Part shown: one piece after another, positions 34,892 to 48,784 of the stretch
How the letters are laid out: the number at the start of each line of letters is the position of its first letter
How positions within the stretch are numbered: the stretch's first letter is position 1
DNA from: Reclinomonas americana ATCC 50394
Lineage: Eukaryota
Reading direction: 5' to 3'
Length of the DNA stretch: 56,674 nucleotides
Assembly: GCA_048213135.1 (NCBI GenBank)
Contig: PS015355.1
Coordinates: forward strand, 1-56,674
Translations under genes and position numbers: made by a program
Notes under the pieces: model-generated
The model's input: the letters and a program-made list of their open reading frames with translations, nothing else
Told to the model about the DNA's origin: nothing
Database searches by the model: none

Positions 34892-37068
34892 ATGGACACA
34901 TCCGTCTATGGCCGCTCCACACGCTTGAACCGCATGGGCATGCAGGTGTGTGTGTGTGTCTGTTGCGCGCGTTTGTGTTTGTGATCGTCGCTCATTGCAC
35001 GCTTTGTGTTTGTTTGTGTTTGACAGCCATACGTCGGCTCTCCGTCATCTGGTGCCGCTGCGGCCTCGGCCTCAGGGCGCCGCACGCCACCTGGTGGAGT
35101 GTCAGTGGGCGGGCTGGGCAGCAACGCGATGAGCGGCATGCCCACGGCCATGACCCTCTCTGGGCAACCCGCCTCCTCCTCCTCCGCCGCCGCCGCTGCT
35201 GCTGCGGCCGCGGCGGCTGCGGCCAATGGAGGCGGACTCGAGGTCTCGCCACTGCGCAAACGCACTGCTGCGACTTCATCCGTGCCTTCGTCGTCGTCCT
35301 CTGCGGCGGCTGCGGCGGCGGCGGCGGCGGCGGCCGCTGTCAATGGACGAGTGACTCCGCAACAACAACAACAACAGAATGGAGGCGGGTCATTGACGGC
35401 GACAAGTGGCAACAAGTTGTCGATGAGCGTGGATGCTGCCACGTTGAGAGCGCAGGTTTGTGCTTATTCAACGGACGCGCCGCGCGCGCGCTCATTTTTT
35501 ATTCTTTCTCTTGATTCAAACTCACACTCCTCTTGCCTATGTGTGTGTGTAGGGTTTGCCTTCACAAGCACAGCGACGCAAGGGTTACGGAGGATTTGAA
35601 GAGGAAAAGGTGATGATGACTTTTTATTGTCTGGATGTGCGCGTGGGGTGTTGATGGCACGCGTCACTGACTGTCACGTACCTTTTTGTGCAGCAGGGTT
35701 CTCCGTTCTTGTCGACGGCGCCGTATGGAGCAGCGCGGCGGTCGTACACGTCATCGTTGGTGGCCAATGGCGCGGGTTACTCGCCGCCGTCGCCCTCCAA
35801 CAAGGACGCCACGCCGGCGTCTCCGATTCGGACACCATCGTCGGTGTTTGATTCCGGCTCGTCGTCGACGCCCACTTCTGCCTCGACGCTCTTCTCGGTG
35901 CGGAAGCGTGGTGATGGTGAGGTGGATCACATGTCGGCGCACTTGCAACAGCAGCAGCAGCAGATGCAGCAGCAGATGCCGCCGTCGCCGGGGAGCCAAT
36001 CGGGACCGTATCAGAGTTTGGCGCGAGAATTGTTCCCTGGTGGTGCGGGTGGCGCGGGCGCGGCTGGCGCGCGTGACAAGGATCGCTATCTGTTCCAGGG
36101 GTATGTGCGACTCGCTCTGTCNNNNNNNNNNNNNNNNNNNNNNNNNNNNNNNNNNNNNNNNNNNNNNNNNNNNNNNNNNNNNNNNNNNNNNNNNNNNNNN
36201 NNNNNNNNNNNNNNNNNNNNNNNNNNNNNNNNNNNNNNNNNNNNNNNNNNNNNNNNNNNNNNNNNNNNNNNNNNNNNNNNNNNNNNNNNNNNNNNNNNNN
36301 NNNNNNNNNNNNNNNNNNNNNNNNNNNNNNNNNNNNNNNNNNNNNNNNNNNNNNNNNNNNNNNNNNNNNNNNNNNNNNNNNNNNNNNNNNNNNNNNNNNN
36401 NNNNNNNNNNNNNNNNNNNNNNNNNNNNNNNNNNNNNNNNTGTTTGTTTGTCTGTGACAGTCGGTTTGACGTTGCATGTGTGCGCCACAGAGCAACCACG
36501 GCCACTGGGTTCGACCGTCGTTTTGCGCCGATGACCAAGGGTCTGACGCAGCCGCAGTTGTCGCCGGACGATGTGTCGGGCCTGCGCAAGTCGTACGACT
36601 TTGGCCGACCCAACACGGCCAATCCGCGTACCACGGCACCACCTTCGCCCACTGCCAGCGGCATTGCCATGCCGCCGTCGTCACCACCGACGCCCACTGC
36701 CAAGTTGGCGCCGTCGTACATGCAGGCAGGCAATGGCAACCCGCCGTCGCCGTCCATGGGTGGCAACCGCGGCATGCCCAATGGGCCGTCGGCACGCAAC
36801 TTGCTGTCGTCGCTGCAGATCCAAAAGGACCAGCAGGCACGAGCCAACTCGGCGCAGATTCGTTCGCTTGAGCAGCGCATCCGAGAGCGGGAAGCTCAGC
36901 TCTTGGCATCGTCGCCATCTGCGAGCCTCCAGCAACCGGGTTCCTCCTCGGGCATCAATGGCAACACCACGGCAGCGGCGGCGGCGGCGGCTGCGGCAGG
37001 CGGTGCGGCGGCGGGCCGGAGAAGCACGACGCCCACGCTGGCCACGGTCGGCTCCTCGCAGCAGTACC
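34892..37068 (+). CDS. Low-complexity Ser/Ala/Pro/Gln-rich protein, 3' end in gap
   Basis: Spliceable frame from MDTSVYGRS with GT-AG introns, poly-Ala/poly-Gln tracts and a short coiled coil (QIRSLEQRIREREAQLL); no domain recognised. Confidence 0.6.
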
Positions 37069-37915
37069 NNNNNNNNNNNNNNNNNNNNNNNNNNNNNNNN
37101 NNNNNNNNNNNNNNNNNNNNNNNNNNNNNNNNNNNNNNNNNNNNNNNNNNNNNNNNNNNNNNNNNNNNNNNNNNNNNNNNNNNNNNNNNNNNNNNNNNNN
37201 NNNNNNNNNNNNNNNNNNNNNNNNNNNNNNNNNNNNNNNNNNNNNNNNNNNNNNNNNNNNNNNNNNNNNNNNNNNNNNNNNNNNNNNNNNNNNNNNNNNN
37301 NNNNNNNNNNNNNNNNNNNNNNNNNNNNNNNNNNNNNNNNNNNNNNNNNNNNNNNNNNNNNNNNNNNNNNNNNNNNNNNNNNNNNNNNNNNNNNNNNNNN
37401 NNNNNNNNNNNNNNNNNNNNNNNNNNNNNNNNNNNNNNNNNNNNNNNNNNNNNNNNNNNNNNNNNNNNNNNNNNNNNNNNNNNNNNNNNNNNNNNNNNNN
37501 NNNNNNNNNNNNNNNNNNNNNNNNNNNNNNNNNNNNNNNNNNNNNNNNNNNNNNNNNNNNNNNNNNNNNNNNNNNNNNNNNNNNNNNNNNNNNNNNNNNN
37601 NNNNNNNNNNNNNNNNNNNNNNNNNNNNNNNNNNNNNNNNNNNNNNNNNNNNNNNNNNNNNNNNNNNNNNNNNNNNNNNNNNNNNNNNNNNNNNNNNNNN
37701 NNNNNNNNNNNNNNNNNNNNNNNNNNNNNNNNNNNNNNNNNNNNNNNNNNNNNNNNNNNNNNNNNNNNNNNNNNNNNNNNNNNNNNNNNNNNNNNNNNGC
37801 CCACCAACAACGAGGGAGGCACAAAATCCAGCAGCGGGCCTCAAGTGTGGAGCGGAGAAGAGAGAGAAGAGGGAGGAGGGCACAAGGAGGAGAGGGGATG
37901 CCATTCTAGCGAGTC

Positions 37916-39466
37916 TTACGTCCGCTTAATCTCCGACAGGAGAGACGGCACGCTGGCGTTCCACGGCTCGGCCGACTCGTGCATGCGTTTTTGTAGCCGC
38001 TCAAGCTGCACGCGAGCGGCGGCCAACGACGTCGAGTAGCCATTGGCGCACGAATCGGGGTGTGAGAAGTGCAAGTATCGCATCACCGGCAACACATTCT
38101 CCTCCTGTCGCCACACGTCGGGTGAGTCGTCGACAATCACAGTGCGACGGGGATCTGCGAAGCAGCACAGGATTCAGTAAAGTGGCAAAAAGAAAAAAGC
38201 ACGAGGCAAACATCACTCACCAGCATCCAGGCCGAGACGGCACAGCTTGTGCAAGTCCTTGACAAACATGCCGTACATCGATGGGTGCGGGTCGAGGTCC
38301 TCACGGGCCACAATGCGCGAGAAGAGACGGCCGTCGGGGTCCAGGGCGGCGCGCACCACCGCCTCGGCGTACGAGCGCATGCCCATGGTGCAGATAATCA
38401 TCTCGTACTTGCGGCTCAGTGTTTGCAGTGCGTCAATGGCGCCGGGGCGGATCTTGCACAGCACCGAGTAGGCGTAGTGGCCGAGCTCGTCGCGCACTTG
38501 AATGGTCATAATGTCGGCGCCCTTGGATTTGGACGTCTTCATCAGTGCACTGAGCGTGGATGGCTGCACAAGGAGAAGGTCAGCACACACACACACACTA
38601 CTGGATGTGCATATCGCAAACACACAAACGCAACTCGGCAATCGGGAGCCTCCAGGCAGTCGACCAGGGTGTTGTCCAGGTCCCACACCAACAGCAGCGG
38701 CACGCGCACCAGTGCGCCCAAGAAGCACTTGGAGGCATCGGGAGCATCGGCCGGGTAGTTCTCGTGCGGCAAAATGTAGAGAGCGTAGCCCTCGCGCAGG
38801 TGCAAGCACAGCGTCTGCTCACAAGTAACGATGAGTATCGTGATGAGACGAAGAAGAAGAAGAAAAGGAGGAGGAGAGAAACGAAACTTTTTGCAGCGAT
38901 CCCGAGCGGTTGAGGTTCTCAAACATGGTCAGCAGCACGTTCTCGCTGTAATTGTGCTTCAGCACAAAGTAGGCCTCGACCTCGCGCTGCGTCGTCTTCT
39001 CCTCCACCGTCACCACCAGCTTGTCGGGGCACACGTGCATCCTGTTAATAACAAAAAGGGTGAGTAAAAACGTGCGAGTCTGTGAGAGCAATGGTTGTCA
39101 AACGCAACAGTGTTCCCCACTGGTCCTCGCCTCGGTCGCCCGCCGGCGAGATTGTCAGCGTGCCGCGCGGCAACGCATTCGGTCGGAAGCAAATGTGTCG
39201 CTCCATCGACAGCGCACCGCTGCCGCTGCCACTCGGTGTCGACTTTTGCGACGAGTCCGAAATGCCACTGTCGGTGTGGTGGTGCGTCGGTGTGGTGGTG
39301 TTGGTGCGCGGAGACGGCGCACTCATGCCACGGTAGTTGCCCGTGACCTTCATGTTGCGCGTCGTGTTGACCAGCTCTTGCAGACCGCGAGCATACGGTC
39401 GCTGTGCAGCCGCCGCCGCCGCCGCATCTTGCATTTGCTGCTGCTGCTGCTGCTGTTGCTGCTGCT
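37916..39466 (-). CDS. FCP1/CPL-like RNA polymerase II CTD phosphatase (HAD family), partial, both ends in gaps
   Basis: LVWDLDNTLV (DxDxT), KIRPG...L...YEMIICTMGMRSYA...LDPDGRLF.RIVARE, KDL and IVDDSPDVW motifs. Confidence 0.85.
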
Positions 39467-41600
39467 NNNNNNNNNNNNNNNNNNNNNNNNNNNNNNNNNN
39501 NNNNNNNNNNNNNNNNNNNNNNNNNNNNNNNNNNNNNNNNNNNNNNNNNNNNNNNNNNNNNNNNNNNNNNNNNNNNNNNNNNNNNNNNNNNNNNNNNNNN
39601 NNNNNNNNNNNNNNNNNNNNNNNNNNNNNNNNNNNNNNNNNNNNNNNNNNNNNNNNNNNNNNNNNNNNNNNNNNNNNNNNNNNNNNNNNNNNNNNNNNNN
39701 NNNNNNNNNNNNNNNNNNNNNNNNNNNNNNNNNNNNNNNNNNNNNNNNNNNNNNNNNNNNNNNNNNNNNNNNNNNNNNNNNNNNNNNNNNNNNNNNNNNN
39801 NNNNNNNNNNNNNNNNNNNNNNNNNNNNNNNNNNNNNNNNNNNNNNNNNNNNNNNNNNNNNNNNNNNNNNNNNNAGTTTTGTCCCCTCCGGCAGTCGGTC
39901 TCTCTGTGGGGGTGGTGGAGGAGAAGGAGTGTGTGTGCGTGGTGTCTTGTGGAGTCTGGTGTGGTGTGTGTGTGGAGCTGGTTGCAGCATTGGGCTGCAG
40001 TTTTGAAAACGAGGTCTCCCCTGTTTGTGTGTGTGTGTTGCTTATCCTTCCTTTGGCGTACCATAGTCTATTGCAAGTGTTTCACGAGTTGTGTGCTTTT
40101 GTTGGCGCTCATCTCCCCCCTTCTCCCTTATTATCCTCTCTCTCCCTAAGTAGTGTTTTCTCCTTACCCACGGCATATTTTTTGCATCCCCCCCCTCCTT
40201 CCCTTCTTGCGTGTTGTACCAATTTTTGTACCGCTGTTCCGTCTCGGACTGTTTGGTCTCCACTTGCCACTGTTGCTATCGGTGGCGGTTTGTCGCTGCA
40301 GTGTTGCGGCCGAGTAAAAAATGGAAAAAGATTCTTGGCGACTTTTCTTCTCTTCTCACTTCTTTACTTTCATGTTTTGCCAGACGGCGGGTGGGAAGAG
40401 CGGAGGGAGAGCAACACCCATCTCTCAGCTCCGACTCTTCCGCTTCCCATGCACACACCTCGCCAAGAGCAATCAATCGAGCTCGGCGAACAACCCCGTC
40501 CCACTTTCATGACAGAGCACCGGAAAGTGTGGGGAGCTCTCTCAGCTGCATTGAGTGTGCACGTTGTGTCGGGGGGGGCAGGTGCACTCTTCCCTCGTAA
40601 CCTCCCGAGGTGCTGAGCGGGAAGAAGGGGGCGATAAGGGGGCGAGAAGCGCGCGCGTCGTGAGCTGCCGAGATCGGAAACGGTTTTCGAGCGCCTCGGC
40701 ATCGCGTGCTCCGTCTCTCTCTTTTCTCCCTCTCCGACCCGCTTGGCACATCGGCAGTGTAACGAATGGGAGAGAGAGAGCGCACTTTCCCGACATGATG
40801 CTGTCGCTCGCTGCACTGGTGGGCTTCAAGGGGCTACAGCCGAGCCGACATTTTTTCCTTTCTCAAATCACTGACACCCCATGTGGCAAGAACAACTCGC
40901 AATGCTCGACGAAAAAGGTGAGTGGGACGGTGGCTACAAACACGGAGCACCGTACTGGTGACCTTCCGATCAACTGCAGGCACAACTGGCGTAGAGCGCG
41001 CGACTTATAATGAAACCGAAGACGGGGCCAATCATGTGCGGTTCGGAACCCTCCTTCCATTTTCGGCAAGCCCAACTCTCTCCCACTCTCTCTCCTCTTT
41101 GTTTTGCAACACACCCCTGCCCGTCTTCAACAAGAGTGTGCGCCCTCTCCCTCACTCCCCGATCCTGGCCATAATGCATCCTCGGATCTCGACGAAATTT
41201 TATTTGCGCACGCATCATCAATCTAGAAAAGCGTTTGTGTGACAAAGCGCTCACGTCGCACAACACACGCAGACGCAAGTGTGTGAAACTCTCCAGTCTC
41301 CTCCCACCGCGCTCACTGAGGTACAACCCACGCACGTGATGTGTCGCGCGCGCGCCTCTCCCTCGCACTCTCTCTCACTCACGCTCGCTCACTCGCTCGC
41401 TCGTTCGCAGAGATGCTGAGTGCAGAGCCATCACACCCCATGTCCACCGCATCGTCATCCTCATCCCACCGCAAGCGGGAGCGTGGCGAGGTGCGTGTAT
41501 GCGCGCGCCCCAATCACACCACTGAGTTTCAAAACTCTGAAACTTTGCGGGCGAATCCCCCTTTGTCGCACAGAATGGCCAACAACCGCAGCCGCAGAGA

Positions 41601-43880
41601 ATGTACAGACTGCCGTCGCCTATTGATACTGACGCGCCACCACACAAGCGCTCACGTCATCATCATCACCACCAACACGCGCACCAGCCGCACGAACACG
41701 AGCACGAGCAAGACGACATGGCCGCGGCCATGTCCGCTCCTCCCTCCTCGTCGGCGTACATGCTCAGCGCGGCTGCCGCTGGGCACATGTACCCGGCGGG
41801 CATGCTGGGCGACCCGGCCGCTGCCACGTTTCTGGTGATGCCAACGCCGGTGCGCAGTGGTGCTCTCTCTCACAAGCGCTTCTCTCTCTCTCTCTTCATC
41901 CACGCACTCTCCCCTTTTTTCTCCCTGTTTGTTACTTTTCGTCGGTGTTCGGCGCGATGTTCGCGAGTGTGTATGCGGCGTGTGACTGTGTGTGCGTGTG
42001 TGAGTGAGCGCGTCTGGGCTGAGTTTTGTGGGGGTTCGGTTATCCTTTTTTAGTGGGCGCGTGATCGTGGTGGTGTGGGCCATTTTCCTCGTCGTCCCAC
42101 CACCAGCGCGCCCCTGCACTCTCGCCCTCTGCTCGCACTCACTCTCCTTGCGCTCTCTGCTGCTGTGCGTGTGTCATTCGCCTGTTGTTTTGTGTTGTGC
42201 GCGTGTGGGAATTCGAACGTTAAGAAACTCTTGGCTCATCATCTCCATCCGTCATTCTTCGTGCAGGCCTACGCCCAGCTGTTGCTCCAGCAGCAACAAC
42301 AGCAGCAGATCATTCAGCAGCAACAGATGCTGCTCCAGCACATGCAACAGCAGCAACATCACCAACAACAACAACAACAGCAACAACAACACCAGCAGTT
42401 CATGGCCTTCACGGGTCCGTATGTTGCTGCGCCTCATGCCCACCAGCCACCGGCGCCCTCGCCTGCTGCGCTGTTTCTGCCCGGCGCCGCCATGCAACTG
42501 CCGGCATCACCGCAAATTCTCTTTGGCAGTCCAGCCACGGCCACGTCCATGACGGCCTCGTCGCCGTCGTTGCATTTCGGCATGGTTGCGCCACCCACGC
42601 CGCTGCTGCAGAGCGCGTATCCGGGTGCGCCACCGCCTCCGCCACCTCCACCACCTCCACCACCACCTCCGCCACCACTGTCGCGAAAGAGCAGCTCGTC
42701 GGCCGTGGCCAGCCCACCGCCGTCGGTGCTGCCACCAACTCCAGCGCCCACACCAGAAGGTGGACCGGCCGCGGGAACGCGACTGTCGAACCTGTCGCTC
42801 TTGGCGCACGCCTCCACGGCGGTGGAGACGTCGGCAGACTCACCGGCACCCGCCAGTCAGGGCGGTCACCAGCCGCGAACGCACTCGCCACCAAACGCGT
42901 CACTGACACCGCCCGACTCGCCAGCCTCACTACGCCACCGACAGCATCACCACCACCACCAACAACAACAACAACAGCTGCCGCAGCAGTCCATCATGCT
43001 GCCGCCGCCACAGATGCATTCGAGTGCCCTGCAAGCGACGGAGATCGTCATGCTGCCGCCGCTGGACATGCAGCTGGCGTCGTTGGGCATGATGCCGTAT
43101 CCGGCGGCGCTACAAGCGACGCCGTCAATTGCCGCTCGCCTCGCCGGTGGTGCCGCCTCGCGACCACCGTTCATGCCAGCAGTGCCAATGTTGCTACCGC
43201 TGCCGTCCACCGGCACCTCCTCTGTGGCCTCCTCCGTTGCCTCGTCACCGAAACACAGCAGGAGAGGGTCCGGAGGCGCTCCTCGTACTGCGGCCGCCAG
43301 TGCCGCCACTCACCAGCGCCGCTCGTCTGCTGCTGCCGATTCGGCGGCGTTTGGCCACGGCAGATTACGAAGCAAGCCGATCAACGACGACGAGGAAGAG
43401 GAGGACGAAGACGCGGAGCGCGAGGAAGAGGAGGAAGAGGAGGAGCATGTGGGTGCCGACGGAGGCGAGGGAGACTGGGCCGGTGCCGCGTTGCCGGTGC
43501 ATTTTGAGGGCGAGCAGCTGTCCAGCACTGGCGAGGTGACGTACACTTGCCTGTTTCCCGGCTGCAGCCGCGCGTTTGCGCGACGCTCGGATCTGCGCAC
43601 CCACTTGCGCGTGCACACCGGCGATCGACCATACGTGTGCATGCAAGACGGCTGCGGCAAGTCCTTCACCACCTCCTCCAACTTGTCGCGCCACACGCGC
43701 ATCCACACGGGCGAGCGGCCGTACATTTGCGAGTTCACCTCCTGTGGCAAGTCCTTTCGCCAGATCTCCCACCTACGACGCCACCACGAGGTGCACCGGC
43801 GACGAGGCGACATTCCACCACCATCTATGCGCCACCAGATGCCACCTACGCCACCGCCACCTCCGGCGCATGCGCAGTGA
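41601..43880 (+). CDS. C2H2 zinc-finger transcription factor (three C-terminal fingers)
   Basis: CLFPGC..F...LRTHLRVHTGDRPY, CMQDGC...HTRIHTGERPY and CEFTSC...HHEVH fingers; Q/P-rich N-terminus; one intron ~41850-42266; start uncertain. Confidence 0.92.
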
Positions 43881-44087
43881 GCGCGCGCAGAGGCGGAAGT
43901 AGTAGTCTAGTACCTAATATGCTGGCATGCAACTCGCGCTCTAATTAAATCGCGGATGATGGTGGCTTGTACAACAACAGCAACGACACATACGATAACA
44001 ACGAAGGAGAGAGGCGGGGTAGGGAGACAGCGGACATTCGTTTAACGCGTGTCCCCTTCCTCACATTTCCCTCTCATGTTACCGAAC

Positions 44088-45895
44088 ATGCGACGTGTCT
44101 TCAGTGTGCGTCGCGTGGCATGGCTCTTTGCAGCGGCCTTGCTCCTCCTTGTCCTCCTGCGATGGTCATCCGTGGATCGCGCCACTCCACAAGCAGTGGT
44201 CTCCTCCTCACTGCATCACCATCACCACCACCATCACCAGCCTCCTCCTCCTCCTGCTGCTCCCCTTCCTCCAGCGCCACCAAGTCGACCTGTGACAGAG
44301 GACGACATGGATGCAGTGGAAGACGACGACACGGTGGAGCCAGCAGGCAGCGGTCGACCACAGCGACGGAAACGAATCACCATATCACCCAAGCCTCCTC
44401 CTCCTCCACCTCCTCCTCCTCCTCCACCACCACCACCACCACCACCACCAGAGGAGGAGAAGAGTGAAGCAGAGGACAAGCTGCGAGGCGAGACTCGGCC
44501 TGAGGAAACACCACCGCCACCACCGCCACCGCCGGCCAGCAGAACCGAGGCTGAGCTGGAGGCCGAGGCCACGGCATCTGCTGCATCAGTGGACTCTGCG
44601 ATCCACGACGATGTGGACGAGACTGGTGATGTGTGGCAGCCGCCTCCGTGCGAGCCCATGTCGTGGAACGGTGAGACAAGAGTGGCGTGTGTTTGCCGCA
44701 GCTGCTGCTGCTTCACGATTGTCATCGATTCTTCTGTGCAGAGTTCCGTGACACGTACAAGCCCGACTTTTTCAACGCATCGCCGCAGCAGCGACTGACA
44801 CCGGCACGATACTATGACGGATTCATCATGGGCGATGAGTTGGACCTGCTCGACATTCGTCTGCATGAGCTCGACGCGGTGGTCGATTACTTTATCCTCG
44901 TTGCGTGTTGTTGCTCGTTCTCTGTTTCTCCTCCCCCGCTCACCATCAGCGCAGGTCGAGTCACCGTGGACTCTGCGCGACAAGCCGAAGCCGCTGTACT
45001 TTTTGGAGAACCGACAGCGCTTCACGCGCTTCCTCAACAAGATCATTCACGTGATTATCGACGACAGTGAGCGGCCGCAAAAGTTCACGTACTGGGAGCA
45101 CGAGACGCTGCAGCGCAACGCCATTGGCAAGCGTGGTCTCGGCATGATTCCCGACGTGGAAGACGAGGACTTGGTCGGCGTGTCGGACATTGACGAGATC
45201 CCTGATCCACGCCTCATTTGCTTTGTGAAGCATCATTCGGGCCTGCCACCGGTGCATTTCGCTTGTTCCTCACTCTGCGTGCTGTGTGCACGTGATGGTC
45301 GTCGCTGATCGGCGTTTGTGCACAGATGCTTCGGTTGCGTGCCAAGTGGAACTTTGCCAGCTTTGCGTGGGTGCATGCACGCACCTCCGATGCTGCCGCC
45401 ATTATCCGCGTCAAGGACCTCAACGACCACGAGGGGCGCACCAACGAGGTTCGCCGTGTTGGTCTTCACCTGCCGGAGGGTCGGCTCGGTAGTTTCGTCC
45501 CCGCACAACACTGTCTGCGAGATTCTGCGCTCATCTCACCATGAACAGCCAAGGGCCACGAGGCGGCGTGGCACTGTTCGTGGTGCACGCCGCTGGCCGG
45601 CTGGAGCGTCAAGCTGTCGTCGTTTGCACACAAGGAGCTCAACACGCCGGAAAACAACAACCCCACGCGCTTCGCCGAGATGCGTCGCAAGGGCCACTGG
45701 TTCACCAATGAGTCGCACGGACGCCGCGCGCAACCCAACGAACGCCTGTTTGCGCCGAAATATGTGCTGGATCATCCGCAGCGGTTCGGCTACCTGATCG
45801 ACCCTGACTCGTCGGCAGGTGATGACCAGCCGCTGCCCACGGGACCACCTCCACTGGAGCACGACGATCCGGCACCGGATAACCACGGCAGATGA
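44088..45895 (+). CDS. Glycosyltransferase family 17 (MGAT3-like beta-1,4-GlcNAc transferase), type II membrane protein
   Basis: N-terminal TM anchor and Pro-rich stem; ELDLLDIRLHELDAVVDYFILVES, KPKPLYF, E..QRNAI, SDIDEIP and WHCSWC motifs. Confidence 0.9.
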
Positions 45896-46063
45896 GTCAG
45901 ATCTTTTTTTTGTAAATATACGCAGTGTCTGCGAGTGTTGTTGTAGTTGCCTGAAGGACCGACGGGCGTCATTCATTGGGTTTTGGTGGACGCACACACA
46001 CTGGTCGACTCCGCAGCCAAGATCGATTGAAAAGGGAGAGGGGAAAGAACGAGGGCAGCTATT

Positions 46064-48521
46064 CTAGCTACGACGCCGCCGCTCAGAAGATTTCGCAGTG
46101 GAGACCCGACGAATTCGGCTGGCACATGCAGGCACCGGTGGCCAGATCGCACGTGCCGTGGCCGTTGCATGTCTCCACCGGGCGGCACTCGCAGTTCTTG
46201 CCGCCGATGCCGGGCAGGCACTGGCACTGGCCGTTGACACAGCCGCTGGAGTTGTTCTGGCCGTTGCAGTCTGTGGGGAGATCAAATTAGTCGGCCGACA
46301 AGGAGAGTGTGTGATGCGCAGCGGCAACGAACCGGTGATGGAGGAGCACACCGGCGGCAGCACCGGCACCTCGGGCACGCACACCTTGATCTCCAGCTCA
46401 AAGTAGTCCACCGCAGAGTCGTCTGCGGTGTCGCCACGTAATGAGTTGGTTGACACTGAAGGACAACTGAACGCAAGGAGCATACTTCACCTTGCACGAC
46501 AATGTCGAGGCGGCGAGTGGCCTTGACAAAATCGAGGACGGTGGCGTACGGGTTGTTGACCGCCGGGAAGGTGGCGGCAACGGTGCTCAGATCCAAGTCG
46601 AATGTGTAGCCACTGGGGTAGTTGCCGGACGTCCACGAGTTAGGGCGCAAGCACGCAGCACTCTGTGTATTCACACGGCGTGTGTCAGCAATTGCAAGCA
46701 GAGACGAATGGGGGGTGGACAGCAGCACAACGCAAGTACGAACTCCACCCAGGCAGACTCCGCCCGAAGCGACACGGGTGTTGTTGCTGTCGAAAGTGTA
46801 GAACCCAATGGTGTCGTTATCCGGAATGCTGCTGCCCACTGAGGATGATGATGGGCGTCAGCATCCAGTCGGAACACGTGAACAGCAGGCATCGTGCACG
46901 CAACGAGGCTTGGCCTTGAAGTGCAGAATTGCCGACACAATGTTGGTCGGCAGGTTGAGGAAGGAGTCACCCAGGAAGGCATCGGTGATCGCAGCGTCGA
47001 ACTGCTTGGCCGGGGCCGCGGAGGCTCCAGCGATGAGAATGGACAGAGCGGCGCTCGGAGACGCGTTCTCGACCGGCGAGGCAAAGTTGTCCTTTGTGCC
47101 GTGCAGCGTCGTCGTCGTCTGGCACTGGGCGCACTGTGCAGACATATACAGGGAGAGTGTCACAATCACACAGTTCAACACGCACGCGTGCCGATCGCCA
47201 ACGCAACAATGGTGTACTTGAGCTCGGCAAAGTCGACAGCGGTATCGTCTTGCACGACCACCTGTGCCGGGAGTGAGTGAGTGATACAGCAGGGCAAGCA
47301 GAACCATTGAGAACAAACCGACAGGTTGCGGAAGGTGTTCATGGCGGCGAGGAGAGACATTGTCGACTGCGGTCCAGTCGGCAGCGCGTTGATGTCCAAC
47401 TGCAACAGCCAGCAGGCATTTTCATGTGAGACTGAGCGGGTGGCGAGACAAGTGTGGTGTGTGAGAGAGAGCACACGCACCGTGAAGAGCTGGCCGTTGG
47501 CCGGGATCTGGAAGCTCGACCACGTGCCAAACATGTCCAGCGAGAAGCCAAAGCCGGTGCCAAAGTGGGCGCCCCACGTGGCCACCAGCGTGTTGCCGTT
47601 GTACACACGCAGACCGATGGTGTCGTTGGTCGAGCTGTTCTGGTACGGCTTGGCGCGAATGTTGAGTGTGCCCGCAGTGAGGTTGCTGCCAGTGACATGC
47701 GACGGCAGGGTGAAAGTGGTGGTGAAGAAGACGTCAAGAGGCAGCGCCTGGTCGTAGGCACGGTTGTGCGGGAACGGGTTGACAGAGTTGATCAGAGCGG
47801 CCGACGGGCTGGTGGCACCGTCGAGAGGCAGCGCGAAAAAGTCCTTCTGGCCTTGCAGGATGGTCGCGTCGGAGCAGAACAGCGGCGCCGGGCACTGCGC
47901 GGGGCAATGACAGAGTCAGCGCGTACACACAAGGAAAGACCGAGAGGAAGCGTCGTCATTGTCGTCACCGTCTGGTCGCAGCGCGGTCCGCACTTGCCGT
48001 TCTGCACAGGAGTGTGAGACGCACAAAAGGCAGGAAGCAGAGGTACGAGGCAGCAATCCCTCTCACCGAGCACGTGTTGCAGTCGTTGCCAGTCCAGCCA
48101 GCAAAGCTAGAGCACAATAAAGGGAGAGAAAGCGTGAGGTGAAGTTCAGGAACTCAGAGCGAACATATGATCGATCACCATTGGCACAGGCCATTGGCGT
48201 TGCAGGTTCCGTGGCCACTGCAGGACTCCACAGGGCGGCACTGGCACTGAGGGCCTGCACAAAATGTGCGGTTAAGAAGAAAGACAACGGGCAGAAAAAA
48301 CCAAAGCTTGGCGCCAAAACAGCAAAAACAAAAAAGACAACCCACCGCACATTCCCACATGCACACTCTCGCACACGCACACATAGATTCGCACAGAGGG
48401 GGGGAGAGAGACACGCGCACACATGCTCAGGGGCATCGTGTGTGCCACATCACCACATGCGCTGTATGTCGCCACAGAAACAGCAAACTCGGCGGACTTC
48501 TCGTGACATGATTGCATCTCG

Positions 48522-48571
<50 letters not shown>

Positions 48572-48784
48572 CACACACGCACCATCAATGCCAGCATAGC
48601 AGCGGCACTTGTTAGTGCCCTGGTCGCAGAAGCCGCTGGCCTGGGCGAGGTGCCAGTTGCAGTCGAGGTTTCGCACACACGCACCACCACTGGCCTCCAC
48701 AACGTGGAGACATGAGAGTGCAAGCACCGCCGCCAGCAGCAGCAGCAGCGTCGGGGTGGACTGCAGAGGGGACGGGGAGCGCAT
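46064..48784 (-). CDS. Secreted protein with EGF-like modules flanking two copies of an unnamed beta-rich domain
   Basis: Signal peptide LLLLLAAVLALSCL; EGF-like Cys modules at both ends; duplicated unit KDxF..P...SP...(F/Y)D...NDTIG...W...(F)xLDL...L.(I/V)VVQDD(T/S)AVD(F/Y).EL. Confidence 0.75.
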
